64,000 bases of DNA from Stegostoma tigrinum (GCF_030684315.1 NC_081371.1:40802390-40866389), one strand, 5' to 3'; positions 36,276 to 49,939 are shown, numbered from the stretch's first letter. A program made the numbers and translations. Notes: generated by a model not told the origin, from the letters alone.

Positions 36276-38031
36276 TCAGGATATCCCTAGATGCTACAGA
36301 GCTGATGGATTATGTGATGAAATCAATTCAGTTTACAGTCAAACATAACAGCTAGTTATTCAAATCAGCAGAGATAAATAACAAATCTTTTTGTGGACGT
36401 TTTTAGATGTTGGCCTGCAACCAGGCTGGATCAACACATAATCCCAGTTCATCTTTGAATAATGCCATCAGCCTAAACAGAGAGCTTTTTTTTTACAATG
36501 CCTCAAGTGAATTGAGGCAGAGTGGTACATTTCCTCAGCAAAAATGAAAAACTATAGGAATTGAGGAAACAAATCTAACTCGAAGATACATTACACCATG
36601 GAACAAAGTCTCAACAACATCTTCTGTTAAAATTCTCTTTTGGTGGGGGAGGCAGCACTTTTATATAAATTATCAGATCACTTTATTTCATTGTTTTGTG
36701 ATATTTTGCTGTGTTCAAATTGATGGTTACATTTCCTCACAATGACTGCATTAAAATAAAGCTTCCTCTGCAAGAACTGCCAGCAACGCATACTATTGAT
36801 TTGGCGATTGGAAAACTGAGGGTAGTATCTGCTTATATCTTTGAAAGTTTACATTCGTTTGGACTAGCTCTTGTACAAACAAGTTAATTTTGGAAGTTTA
36901 CATCCTTTTCTCAGTGAATGCAAACTCAAAGCACAAAACTGGCAGTAACCAGTATTCTCTCTCAAAAGAATAAAAATGCTTGATATAAGAAACTAAAATA
37001 TCAGACAGGGGCTCTAATGAATGTGGTATTTCTGAAAGTAAGATATTTTGTATCATAAAGAACGACTCACTGAAAATGAGAATCCCAGTACAATCTTATA
37101 TTTATATTAACAGGTAAAATATCATAAGAATTACAAGCATTATTTGATTTAAGTGCAACCCTCAGGCTGAAGCATAGACACTATTGCACATTTTAAATAT
37201 TTGAAACTGCATTTTGCATCATCTCTCGCACTATTATTCAGAAAAATAGTAGTTTGGGTTTTAAGAGGACAAAAATTTGAGTCTGCTTAATAAGTTGCTG
37301 GTTCGCGGGGTGGGGGGGTTGTCTTTTCATGTTAAACAAAAACAAGTACAAAGTGGTATCCTGAGGTTTCACATGTTGCATTTCCCTTTCAACTCAAATA
37401 AGTGAAATCTAATCCAGATGGATGGAATGGAAAGCTGTTTTTAGGATCTTATGCAAAGTAAATGCATAGTTTTAGTTATTCTGAGGTGTCCTTCTCCTCA
37501 AGAAAAAAAAACTCACTATAGGTCAGTGCAAAGTGCAAATTGATGGAATGAAAAATTCAGACCAACATATGAACAAAAGTTCTTTTCAGATTGGGTCCAT
37601 ATCTTACTTTTAGGTTTTTTTGTATCAAGCTTTGTTACACCATTCCAACATTGTTTTATAAATAGAGGATAGGGTGTTACTTTCTCCAACTCAAGACTTC
37701 ATTCAACTTCACAAGAATAAGATTGGCATTTGCAACGCATATCAAATACGTTTAATATTAAATAACAAAGTAAAGTTGCCCAACACCCATGGGGTGCTCC
37801 TTATAACAAAATCAATACATACCATAAGAAAAATAGCCCTTGAGTGAAGTGGCAGAAACTCCTGGATCTTAGGATAAATGTTTAAATCAAATACTTCAAA
37901 ATATTGAAACATAAAACATATCCAGTACATTTCATAGGTCCAGCAAGTTATTTTGATGAGCAGAACAAATTGTATTTCAAAACTAAAAATAAACAAGGTA
38001 TATTTCAAGTTAACTAAAAGTGCTGCAGATA

Positions 38032-38513
38032 TGTGGAAGCTTTGGAAAGGGTGCAGAGGAGATTTACCAGGATGTTGCCTGGTATGGAGGGAAGGTCTTA
38101 CGAGGAAAGGCTGAGGGACTTGAGGCTGTTTTCATTAGAGAGAAGAAGGTTGAGAGGTGACTTAATTGAAACATATAAAATAATCAGAGGGTTAGATAGG
38201 GCGGATAGGGAGAGCCTTTTTCCTAGGATGGTGACGGCGAGCACGAGGGGGCATAGCTTTAAATTGAGGAGTGAAAGATATAGGACAGATGTCAGAGGTA
38301 GTTTCTTTACTCAGAGAGTAGTAAGGGAATGGAAGGCTTTGCCTGCAACGATAGTAGATTCGCCAACTTTAGGTACATTTAAGTCGTCATTGGACAAGCA
38401 TATGGATGTACATGGAATAGTGTAGGTTAGATGGGCTTGAGATCGGTATGACAGGTCAGCACAACATCGAGGGCCGAAGGGCCTGTACTGTGTTGTAATG
38501 TTCTATGTTCTAC
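38032..38513 (+). mobile_element. Young CR1 LINE 3' fragment with an intact ORF2 C-terminus
   Basis: ORF 38033-38425 ALERVQRRFTRMLPGM...FSLERRRLRGDLIETYKI...TRGHSFKL; tail (atgttct)n. Inserted into a pLTR-like remnant (gctgcagata|ctggaaatctgaaac). Confidence 0.93.
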
Positions 38514-38760
38514 TGGAAATCTGAAACAAAAACAGAAAGTGTTGGAGAAACTCAGCAGGTCTGACCTTTCCAATTTCTTCAGCATTTTCAACTGTTGTAA
38601 TTTTTCCAGTTGTAGTTTTGTTTTGTTTGATCTGTATTCTCTTTCAATTGGACCAACTCCAGTAGGAACAAAGCCAATTAAAGGAAAATTTTTAGGTGCC
38701 AACAAAATCAGAAATGCAAGAGATCAAAATAATGCCAGTTGAGGTCAAAAGTATGTGATT

Positions 38761-38931
38761 TTATTTTGTGCCCCAATTCTCTTGTATCTTTTTAAGCAGG
38801 TATTCCATCTGTAGGTTTAGGTTTGGCTGTCCTTTTCTTGTTTTTTTGCTAAGTATTCTGTACTTTTCTAATTTATCTTCTTTGTATTTTCTCTGCGCCT
38901 CTTCCTTTTCTTGTTGACGTTTCTCAGCTGC
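38761..38931 (-). CDS. CCDC59: CCDC59/TAP26 exon 4 (terminal): [56 protein letters not shown]
   Basis: Signature KKT.KGQPNLN.QMEYLL.KIQE. Acceptor tttttctcaaAG, TAA at 38761-38763, phase 0. Confidence 0.95.
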   Translation of the reverse strand, partial: AAEKRQQEKEEAQRKYKEDKLEKYRILSKKTRKGQPNLNLQMEYLLKKIQENWGTK

Positions 38932-40404
38932 CTTTGAGAAAAATACAAAGTTAACAAATATATCTCAAATGAATAACTCTGCAGTGACATTAAGAGATTT
39001 ATGATGTTCCTTTGCAAGGATTCTCTGATAAAACAAGTTCATACTTTTTGGTACAACATACAGTACATCGGTATAATTCAAGGAGTCTTAAAAAGCAGTT
39101 ATTGAAGGCTGTTTTTTTTCTTTTTATATTCTTTATAATGGCATGTGTGCTTTGTTAGGAAAATTAAAATTTATTGACCATTTTTAATGGTCTTTGAAAA
39201 GGTGATGTAAGCTGAATTCCTGAACTACTGCAGTCCACATGATGTAGCTATGCCCACAGTGCAATTAGGGAGGAAGCTCTAGGTCACTGATCCAATGAAC
39301 AAACAGTGATATATTTCCAAGTCAGGATGATGTGAGACTTGGAGGGGAAACTTAGGTGGTGTTTCCGGACAATTACTACTCCTGTCCTTCAATTCCAGCT
39401 CGGTTTTTGGTCAATGGTTTTCCCTGGGATGAAGTTAGCAGGGGATTGAGCGCCAGTAATGTGTTGAAAAGGTAAAGGACAATGGTTAGATTCTCATTTG
39501 CTGGAGATGAGCATTGTCTGATACACCTATAGCAAGTATATTACTCGGCATTTGTCAGCTCAAACCTGAATATTACTGTGGATTTGGAAGACGATGTCAA
39601 AATAGGCTTCATGACATATCCAAGTGCATCAGGCAGATGGCATTTAATATCATTGTGCACCAGTGATGAAGAGACTGAAAGTTTAAAATGATTTTTAGGG
39701 TGACAAATAACAGCTATGTTGATATCTGCTGTGCTGTTTCACCGTGCTATTATAATTGATGAATTTTCAGATGTGGATCAATTTACTGAGATCAAGTGGC
39801 AGTTGTAATTAGTGTAACAAATTGGACATAGGGCAGTAAAGAGAATTCAATTTTGGAGTTTCTTCAGGTTCAGCCTCAGGCAAGTGTGCTATTTTCACAG
39901 TGTTGGTTAATTTCCATTTTGCTTTAACCTGTATGAACTGCTTGAGATGGGGTGGGGTATGGTGGGAAGGAGAAGGGAGGGCCATAATTTTCTGCCCTAA
40001 GACTTCATCCAATGGTTTACTGGGAGAGTATCAAATACAGGTGTGCAGTAAGAACAAAGAAAAAAATACTGTAGATGTTGGAAATCTGAAACAAACAGAA
40101 CAGTGGAGAAACTCAGCAGGTTCGATGGCATCTGGGAAAGAAACAGAGTTAACATTTTGAGTTTGGTATTACTCTTCATCAGACAGTATAAATGAGAGAT
40201 CTGCAGGGTCACAAACATAAATTATTTAAAGATGGTAGGACGAATTGAATCAGCTGCTAAAAAAAAAAACACAGGATCCTGGACTTCATAAATCTGAACC
40301 AAAGCAACAGTGTAATGTTATTCTGAGGTGAAGAATGCTTTCAGAAGAATGTTAGGACCTTGAACAGGTGCAGGATAGATTTTCCAAGTACTTAGCAATG
40401 CCAA

Positions 40405-41418
40405 AGTTGTATGAAAACAATACATTTTTCTGACTGGTAACACTCTGGTTGAGTTACTTACTGCATTTTTATTTTATTCTTTTATCAATTTTAGTTTGGA
40501 GCTGTGAACTGAAGACGGCCTTTGGAATGAACAACAGCTTATGTTTAAAAATAAAAACAAAACAAATAAAAGTTGTCGCTGGTTTGAGAAGCCAGGTCTG
40601 GCAGTTAATTTCAGGCTAGTACTTGATTGAAAGGGTTCCATAGATGCTTCAAAGCTGGGGAGAACAGTATGTTTAAACAGACAGCAGATGTTGGCTACTA
40701 ATAAGGTCAGTATCTGGGAGTTGGTTCCAGCAAGTTTGGGAGAGAACTTTTGCTCCGGCAGAGGCAGATGTTGAATAGTACCTGGGACCTCGTGAGGAGA
40801 GAGTCAGTTTTGGAGGAGACCAGACTTTTGAACTGGGTTTGAACAACGTTTTCTGGGTGAAGGAATTTGGTTGTTGATGCACAAGTGTGAAGATCTGAAA
40901 GCTCCCTGCCTAACCTCCTGTTATTAGCTATGAGAAGTTTACAGAATAGAAACTGAGTCGTAAGTATTACTGGCTTCCTTTGAATGAGCTGAAAATGTTA
41001 GCTTGATCTACAACTTCAGAAAGTCAAGTGAGAAATAATCATATATGCCCATGGAACACCACATCATGAAAACCACTGAAATAAACTGGCCAGATTTGTT
41101 ATTTTCTTTTATTTATCCCTTCAGTGAGTTTGTCTGTCTGTCTTGTCTGTGACTGGAACTGAAAAAAAAAGTTACTGGGGTTACAATTAGATTACATCGT
41201 TGTTTAATTTTTCTCATTTATAATTACTGTATTGTAAATAAATTGCTAAGCCTTTTGTTCAAGTTACAAACCAACATCGAGAACTGATTGTTCCAGAATC
41301 TGGGACTGATTATTAAAAAAAGTCTAGTTAGGAGATATTCGGATCAATTTTGAGGGTGTGTGCAGCAAATACAGAGGTAGAAAGGCTGATTTTGTTCAGC
41401 AGTCTCCTTGTCATAACA
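40405..41418 (+). mobile_element. Possible solo LTR
   Basis: About 1 kb non-coding block with a late aataaa (gtaaataaatt) and ending ...cataaca. No TSD found, so boundaries are uncertain. Confidence 0.3.
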
Positions 41419-41709
41419 TAGCCATATTCATTGTGATATGGTTATTTGTGATTTTATAAGTCGAACGTTTGAAATCTTAGTTCAGAACCTTAAGTACATA
41501 TAGGAGTACTGGGAAAAAAAAAATTCAAAGCATTCAATTGTTATTTCTAATTATCATAAACTATTTATTTCACTAAATCATTGCTGATTATGTCAATGAA
41601 ATGTGTGTTAATTCTACCATTTAAAATCCTGGGGTATTCTTGCTTTTCTGAAACCATGAATAGAAATTGAATCAGAGTTCAGATCCAGAAAGCACTGTGT
41701 AACACTTAC

Positions 41710-41788
41710 CTCTTTCTGTTTTAATTTTTCTGCCTGCCGTTTTTCAAATTCCTCTTTGATCTTTTGATATGATGACTTTCTCTTTTTC
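41710..41788 (-). CDS. CCDC59: CCDC59 exon 3 (79 nt): (K)KKRKSSYQKIKEEFEKRQAEKLKQKE
   Basis: Acceptor ttctggttttAG, donor GAG|GTAAGT, phase 2 to 0. Matches the recalled KKKTSNQKAQEEYE segment. Confidence 0.93.
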
Positions 41789-42020
41789 CTAAAACCAGAA
41801 AGTAAAATGAAAGCAAATGATATTGTCTGCATTTAGGTCAACATCTTCAGTAACAAGTCTTTCTTTGAGAACCTTAGTCAGCATTCTCCAATTTTATAAA
41901 TTTGCCCAATGACAGAATTATGGAAATAACAGATGGCTGTCATCCGTCCCGTTCCGCTAGGTCCATATCAGAATTACCTGATCGAAATTGATTTTTTTGT
42001 GATATCTCATGAATACTAAA

Positions 42021-42091
42021 CCTTTCTGCTCCTGAGTCCTATGGTCTTATTTTAGAATAACATAAGACCATAGGACTCAGGAGCAGAAAGG
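42021..42091. repeat. Perfect 30-bp inverted repeat with 11-nt spacer at a CR1 3' end
   Basis: cctttctgctcctgagtcctatggtcttat (42021-42050) / ataagaccataggactcaggagcagaaagg (42062-42091). Confidence 0.9.
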
Positions 42092-42670
42092 GTCATTCGG
42101 CCCATTGCTTCACTGCTCAATGAGATAACAGCTGATTTGAAAATCCTGAACTCAATTTTCCCATCTTCCCCCTTAATCCTTGAATTCATTACAGATTTAA
42201 AATGTCTCAGTTTGAATTGGGAGTGGCTTAGTTTCAAATGCCCACTGTTGCATATTATACTACATTTCTACATAAAAGTCCTTCCATCATATCTCTGTAT
42301 GCTTCTAGTAATAACTATGTGTGTCTGCTAAAGTATCAAATCATCAAAAGTTGAAGTCAACTTCTACTATTTACCCTCTGAAATTCTTTCAAAATGTTAA
42401 GCACATTACAAGAGAAAAAAACCTCTTTTCTGACCTAATGAGTACAGGCCTAGTTCCTTAAACCTGTTATTTGAAAGCAATCTATAGAACCATTCTCGTG
42501 AGCTCATACTGCACTTCTTCCACAGCTTTAATGCCCATTGAAAATAGGGTGCCTAGCAGTACACATGACGAGAGGGGCTGTTTCAAAGATATTCTTCATA
42601 TCCTTCTTGTTCTTATATTCGATATTCCGATTCTGCAATAAAATGCAGAGCTCTGTTTGCCCTTATGTTG

Positions 42671-43575
42671 TCTGCCTTCTGGAGAGACCACTCTCTCCGC
42701 GACTCCCTTGTCAGCTCCACACTCCCCTCCAACCCCACCACAGCCGGCACCTTCCCCTGCAACCGCAGGAAGTGCTACACTTGCTCCCACACCTCCTCCC
42801 TCACCCCCATCCCAGGCCCCAAGATGACCTTCCATATTAAGCAGATGTTCACCTGCACATCTGCCAATGTGGTATACTGTATCCATTGCACCCGGTGTGG
42901 CTTCCTCTACATTGGGGGAAACTAAGCGGAGGCTTGGGGACCGCTTTGCCGAACAGCTCTGCTCGGTTCGCAATAAAACAACAGCACATCCCAGTCGCGA
43001 ACCATTTTAACTCCACCTCCCATTCCTCAGACGACATGTCCATCATCGGCCTCCTGCAGTGCCACAATGATGCCACCCGAAGGTTGCAAGAGCAGCAACT
43101 CATATTCCGCTTGGGAACCCTGCAGCCCAATGGTATCAATGTGGACTTCACAAGCTTCAAAATCTCCCCTTCCTCCACTGCATCACAAAACCAGCCCAGC
43201 TAGTGCCCTCCCCCCACTGCATCCCAAAACCAGCCCAGCCTGTCTCCGCTTCCCTAACCTGTTCTTCCTCTCACCCATTCCTTCCTCCCACCTCAAGCCA
43301 CACCTCCATTTCCTACCTACTACATCATCCTGCCTCCTTGACCTGTCTGTCTTCCTTGGACTGACCTATTCCCTCCCTACCTCCCCACCTATACTCTCCT
43401 CTCCACCTATCTTCTTTTCTCTCCATCTTCGGCCCATCTACCCCTCTCTCCCTATTTATTCTAGAACCCTCTCCCCATCCCCCTCTCTCATGAAGGGTCT
43501 AGGCCCGAAACGTCAGCTTTTGAGCTCCTGAGATGCTTGGCCTGCTGTGTTCATCCAGCCTCACACTTTGTTGTC
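42671..43575 (+). mobile_element. Penelope-like element (Neptune-type), 3' part, frameshifted
   Basis: ORFs 42665-42925 (RDSLVS..FPCNRRKCYTC..VVYCIHCTRCGFLYIG) and 42886-43203. pLTR at about 43485-43575. Confidence 0.95.
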
Positions 43576-43576
43576 A

Positions 43577-43760
43577 GGAAACACCCATCTGGTTCACTAA
43601 CGTCCTTTAGGGATCAAAACTGCCATCCTTACCTGGTTTGGCTTATTTGTGACTTCTGACCCTCAGCAATGTGGCTGACTCTAAACAATTCTCTGGGCAG
43701 TTAGAGATGGGCAATAAATTTTGGCCTAGCCAGTGATGCCCTCATACTGTGAATGAAAAA
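43577..43760 (+). mobile_element. SacSINE1-like SINE, 3' half
   Basis: cccatctggttcactaacgtcctttaggga...ctgccatccttacctggt...gggcaataaat...gccagtgatgccctcat. Confidence 0.65.
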
Positions 43761-44316
43761 AAGTCTTTCAATATGGTTCTACATCTTCTTCATATCTTCC
43801 TGCCCATGCTTCAATTCCTTCACGTACTTCAATTTTCTTTCTCCCCGCAAAAAGTAGCCGACCATTTCAATTTTTTCTCAGCTACTTTCTACAACGTGCC
43901 CAAAATCTTCACTGCCCCAATTAGTGGATTCCTGATTTTGACCTTTCTTATCATGTCAGCTCAGCACTTGTATGTCATTAACATCCAATCACGGTTTCTG
44001 TTTTTTTGATGCTGCCCAAATTTAACAAAATCAGTCTCGTACCTGTCTTACAGAGTCTTGGTTTCAGTTTCATAAATGATTTTCAATTACATTACACTCC
44101 AATGCACTTTTAATTACTCCAACCCAAGGCAATTTATCATTTAACTTTCACTGCAACAGATCTATCTTCTGCCACTAATGACTTCAGATACTTAACTTAC
44201 TTAGTTTCTCCAACTCTTCACCCATAATCTTTATACCTTCACTTCATCTTCTTTACCAAGCTCAAACTGATAGTACTTAAATTGAGTTTTTAGTTTACTG
44301 ATCTTTTCAACTTTGC

Positions 44317-45008
44317 TGTGCAGACGGAGCTGGGTGTCCTTGCGCATGAATCACAAAAATTTGACTTGCAGGTGCAGCAGGTAATTAAGAAGGCAAATGG
44401 AATATTGTCCTTCATTGCTGAAGGGATGGAGTTTAAAAACAGCAAGGTTATGCTGCAGTTGTATACAGTGCTGATGAGGCCACACCTAGAGAACTGTGTA
44501 CAGTTCTGAACTTCTTACTTGAGAAAGGATGTACCAGAGGGGCTGCAGAGAAGGGTCACGAGGTTGATTCTGGAGCTGAGAGGGTTGGCTTATTAGGAGA
44601 TATCAAGTAGACTGGGCTTATACTCATTAGAATTTTGAAGAATGGGGGGGGATCTGAAAGAAAAATATAAAATTGTGAAGGGAATAGATAAGGTAGAAGC
44701 AGGGAGATTGTTTCCACTGACATGTGAAACTAGAACAAGGGGGCATAGCTTCCAAACAAGCGGTAGCAGATTTTGGACCACCAAGTTGAGGAGAAAATTC
44801 TTCACCCAAAGGATTGTGAAGAATCTGTGAATTGCCCAATAAAGCAGTTGAGGCTAGCCCGTTGAATGTGTTTAAGGCAAAGATAGATTTTTGAACAGTA
44901 AAGGAATTAAGGGTTATGGTAAATGGGTAGGTAAGTGATGTTGAGCACACAAACAGATCAGCCGTGATCTTAATGAATGACAGAGAAGGCTCTATTTCTT
45001 ACGTTCTC
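44317..45008 (+). mobile_element. CR1 LINE 3' portion
   Basis: IKKANGILSFI...LYTVLMRPHLENCVQF; ETRTRGHSF; tail tctatttcttacgttct. Confidence 0.9.
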
Positions 45009-46655
45009 TAGTTTACCACAATCAGGAAAAGGAAGGGATTCATGATAATTGGTGGAATCCAAAATAGTTTCAAAGTTATCAGTCTACTTCATACTGCTTC
45101 ATATGACTGTTAAGGGATGTGTAAAAGGAGTATTAACTTCTCAGGAACTGTACAATTTTTATCACATCTTCAAACTCCTTGCTGAGGCATCTGATCATAA
45201 GCCTTCTCTAGCTTCACGAATACAACATTCATGTCATATACGTCTTTCCAATAGTTCTCTTTCATTTGTCCAGAAACTAAAATCTCATCGGCGGTGCTTC
45301 TTCAGGGCATAAATTCCATTGACCTTGATGGATTTCTACCATTTCTCCTTAGTCTCTGGCCCATGATGCTCTCCTACATTTTGTATGTATATGGCAGAAG
45401 TTTAATGGCTCAACAGTTTCTGCAATCTTGAGTCTCTGTTTCTTCTTAATACGTTAAATGTTGGGGAAACCAGCATCTCACTTTAGTAGTTCCTTCCTAT
45501 GTGTTATTTTTGTAATCATGCTGTATCCCCGCATATTATATATGCTATACAATATACCATGATTACAGGTTATAAGCAAGCTTCTTCATTTTTGGTACCA
45601 TATTTGGTATTAGTATTTCGCATGGTTTAATATTAGCAGCTGTAAGACATGGCAAACCCAAGCATCTTGGTTCCTTTGTCATTTGCTTCTCCAAAACTAT
45701 GACCACCAAAGATAACCTAATATTCTTCTCTTTCACTCCCAAAGTGTCCAGTTAGGTCATTTGCCACCACTCGTCCCTCACTGCTCAGTAGTGTTTAAAT
45801 TGCATTGACTATCTGCTCCTAGAATTTTTCTCAATACAGTATCATTTTTCAAAAAGGTACCTCAACAGTAGGTCCAGACCTTTCAGTTCTTCAACTCCAG
45901 TGAATTTTAATATTTTCATATTCCATTTTATGTGTGTTTTTCCCCCACAAAACATACTTCCTTATCTATTAAACTGTGTTCAGTGACATTTGCCATATCT
46001 AATACTTGCCCAATTTGCTCAGGTTCTCCTCTAATCTCCCAAAGTAGAAAATATTTAATGACAAAACTTGTTTGGTTAGAACTATTAATAAACTTGCAGG
46101 TGACACAAGAATATGCAAAGTCATCTAGACCAAATTAATAAATTAGCTATTGGCATAAATAGTATGAGATGAAAGGGCTCACAGATGGCAAATTTCATTC
46201 AACGTGAGCAAATGCAGCTTTTTGAACTTAGGACTGAAATCTCCAAGCACATTTTAACTTACTTCATTGGAAATAACATCAAACATTGTAATACATTACT
46301 ACAGAATACTAACTGCCAAGTATTACATGGTAGTGGTTAAACTAAAGCAAAAATCTACACAGATCCTACACTATAACAATGAACACGCTTTAAAAGTAAT
46401 TAATTGGTTATGAAATGCTTTGGGACATCCTGAAATTGCAAAATATCCAATTCTATGAAGGTACTGTTTAACATTTTTAACTTTGTTTCTTATTCCTTTG
46501 TACCTAGGTACCTTTGTACCTAAGATAGCTGTGTGGTGTGACATTACATACTTTTCACTGTACTCCTGCCCTTCTGAGTATGCGATAATAAAGACTAAAT
46601 CTAAAATAACAAAAGCAGTTTTTTTTCACAATTTTGAATTTTAAAAAAAACATAC

Positions 46656-46893
46656 TTTTTTTTCTCCTCTGTTTGCAAAGTTGGTTGATCTATCGAGGCA
46701 GTTTTGTTCTTTTTGGCTTTCTCTGACTGTTTCTTAAGCAGCTCTTCTTCAGCCAGATACAGGTGTCGCAAATGATCTGGGTAATTCTCATTAAACTGTA
46801 TTTCTTTGGAATGCTGTGCTTTCCTTTCTTTTCTCAATATTTTCTTATACTCATGTTTGATCTTCTCCTTCTGTTGGAAAGCAAAACCTTGCC
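46656..46893 (-). CDS. CCDC59: CCDC59 exon 2 (238 nt): (G)QGFAFQQKEKIKHEYKKILRKERK...YPDHLRHLYLAEEE...TEEKK
   Basis: Signatures GQGFAF and YPDHL.HLYLAEEE. Acceptor tcttcttacAG, donor AA|GTATGT, phase 1 to 2. Confidence 0.95.
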
Positions 46894-47309
46894 CTGTAAG
46901 AAGACAATACTATCAGAATTGCATCAACATCCTGACTGCCATTTTTCATCTATCAAACCCATATTTTAACTGAATTTATAGTTCTCTAGATCACAATTTA
47001 GAGAATTAACATGACATTTTTCTGTTCCCTAAAAGGTAATTAGAAACTTGGAAGCACATCATAGTAACACACATCACACAATGAACTCATGAAGTGAGCA
47101 TAAATATTTAGATAGGTGGAAAAGATTAATAGCTAACATTTTAGATGACGTGTTTTCAGGGAACAATTTGCATGCTGCTGAAATTCCTGCAAGAGTTCAT
47201 ATAGTTTGAATAGAACATAAATGGATTGAGAAGATGAACAAAATTAAAATATGGAAAGAAGTGAAGGATAAAATAAAGGAAGTATGCTTACATATGACCT
47301 TAAGTAATA

Positions 47310-48478
47310 ATCATACAGCGTGGAAGCAGACCCTTCAGTCCAACTAGTACATGCCGACCATGTTCCCAAAATAAACTAGTCCCACTTTGTCTGCATTTGG
47401 CCCGTATCCCTCCAAACCTTCCCTATTCATGTACCCAACCAAATATCTTTTCAATGTTATAACTGTATCTGCATCTGCCACTTCCTCTGGCACTTCATTC
47501 CAAACATGAGCCACTGTGAGTGAAAAAGTTGCCCAAGTCCTTTTTAAAACTTTCTTCTCTTACATTAAAAATATGCCCCCTAGTTATGCCTCTCATGATT
47601 TTATAAAATTTTATAAGGTCACCCTTAACCTTTGAGCTCCAGTGAAAAAGGTCGCAGCCTATCCTTATAACTAAAATACTCTGTTCCCAGTAACAACCTG
47701 GTAAATCTATTTTGAATCATCTCTAATTATATACTTCCTATAACAGGGTGCAAACAGTATTCCAGAACAGGCCTCACCAACATCCTGTACAAGCTCAACA
47801 TGCCGTCCCAACTCCTACATACAAAGATCTGAGCAATGAAGGCAAGCATGCTAAATGCCTTCTTAACTGGCCTAACAGTGACACAAATTTCAAAAAAAAT
47901 TATGTACTTGAACCCATAGGTCTCAGTTCGAAAAGACTACTCAGGCCCCATCATTAACTGCATAAGTCTTGCACTTGTTTGTTTTACCAAAGTGCAATAC
48001 TTTACATTTATCCAAATTAAACTCCATCTGCCACCCCTCAGTCCATTAACCCAAATTCATCAAGACCCCTTTGTAATCTTTGATAACTTTCTTCACTGTC
48101 CACTACACCACCAATTCTGGTGTCATCTGCAAAATGCCTCCTATATTCTCATTCAAATTACAAACAAAACAGGACTCAGTGTTGTAACTGTATTGGCATC
48201 TCATACTTCCTCTGGCAGTTGATTCCAGACATGAGCCACTGTGAGTGAAAAAGTTGCCCCTCAAGTCCTTTTTAAAACTTTCTCCTCTCACATTAAAAAT
48301 ATGCCCCTAGTTATGCCTCTCATTGACTCACAGATCCCTACAGAACACCGGTGGTCACAGGCCTGCAGTCTGAAAGAAACAACCCTCTACCACCAGTACC
48401 ACCACCACGCTCAGTCACCTACTGTCAATTTTGTGCCCAATTGGCCCGCTCATCCTGAATCTCATGTGATCTAACTTT
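47310..48478 (-). mobile_element. CR1 LINE 3' portion with an internal local duplication
   Basis: 3' tail reverse complement at 47310 (catacagcgtggaagcagacccttcagtcc). RT remnants run to about 48478; see the finding on 48179-48324. Confidence 0.88.
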
Positions 48479-49939
48479 AGTATATGTTTTTAATAGCAGA
48501 ATGATCAAATTCATCATCAGGCCCAAATGCACAACATGTACTTCTGACAGGACTGACTATGCAAAATTGAAATACACCACTTAAATTATGAGGGCAAATA
48601 CACCTTCGGTTCGGAAATCAGGCATTTGTCACGTCTCACTATGGTAATGCACTGAAATTCATGTCCTACAATTCCTAGTCGTTACCAAAGTTAAGGATTT
48701 TTAAAAGTCCTCGGAATTGCCCAATTTACCTTTCGTTCAGACTAAGGTTGACAGAAAATATGGACCAGGTTTCTACACTTGACAAGAATTACCATTCATT
48801 ACAAATAAGTAGCATCTAGCTACAGGTAAACAATTATGAACTGTACACATAACTCTACTATTAAAACTGCAATCCCATTATAAACAACCCCCGAACCGCA
48901 TACAGACAGCAAAATAAAAAGCATCATGGGCAAAAGGAAAGACCAGGAAGGCAGTACAACAGTCTCAGTTTACAGGACTCACAGATGGTCCTTTGTGGCG
49001 TGACAAGACAGGTTGCACCTTGATTCTCTTCCTCCAGATATTTTCATTTGCTTTCAGAAGGCACGGAGTGGTTGGTTCACACTTATAAAACCTCCAGCTT
49101 ACTTAGGAGCCACAGCTTACAGCAACTGCTGAAGGAATATAAATAAACTGATCTTCAGTTTTTAATCACAGACAAAAGATACAGCTCCAGTGTTTTCTGA
49201 AATCCAATGACTCCTCTCAAACATTGTCAAGTAGTTGAACAACTTGGCTGCATCAATCAGTCACACAGTTGTTCACTGGCAGAAGGCCTTTATCACTGGT
49301 AACTAGTCCGTAATCCACAGACCAATCAGCTCCTTGTTCCTGGTCAAATTTTAATGGACACACAGACCCTGCCAAACCTCGTTTGGAACTAGGCTTCCAC
49401 TACTGGTTGAACCAGCAGCTACGTGAATAGCATTTACAAGAGATGCCCAATTACTTACTTTTAAAGTGCAGAAATGTCTGGAGTTTAAAACAGTTTGTTT
49501 GTCCCATTTCAGTCCACAATCACAGAACAGAAAAATAAAAAGTTAGGGCTTTACATGTTTGTTGTTCATTTTTTCAATAATTTATTCAGGAAAACATTCC
49601 ACTCTCCTCTCAGAATTTTATGGCTTCCTTTTCCTTGCCCTCTTGCCTTCATTTTCAACTGATCTTTCTTTGTGCTTTCTCCCAACCTACTGCTTGATGG
49701 CATCACAGAGCACACTTTTCCCTAATTATCCACAAAACTCTTTCCCATAGAAAACAAGCACAGGGTATTCAACAACTGACCTCTCATCACACTACCCATG
49801 TACCCAATGATTGTCCCAAGTGAAACAGTAATTTATTTTATTGCTTTCAATTTAGTATACACAGTTATTCACTACTAACAGTCCAATCTTACACACATTG
49901 GAAGTTATATAGTGGGTAACACATATTCCTATTCAGAGA

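Noticed and set aside
48627-49556. Possible second solo LTR (tgtcac...ttaca)
   Set aside because: No matching TSD and ambiguous ends.
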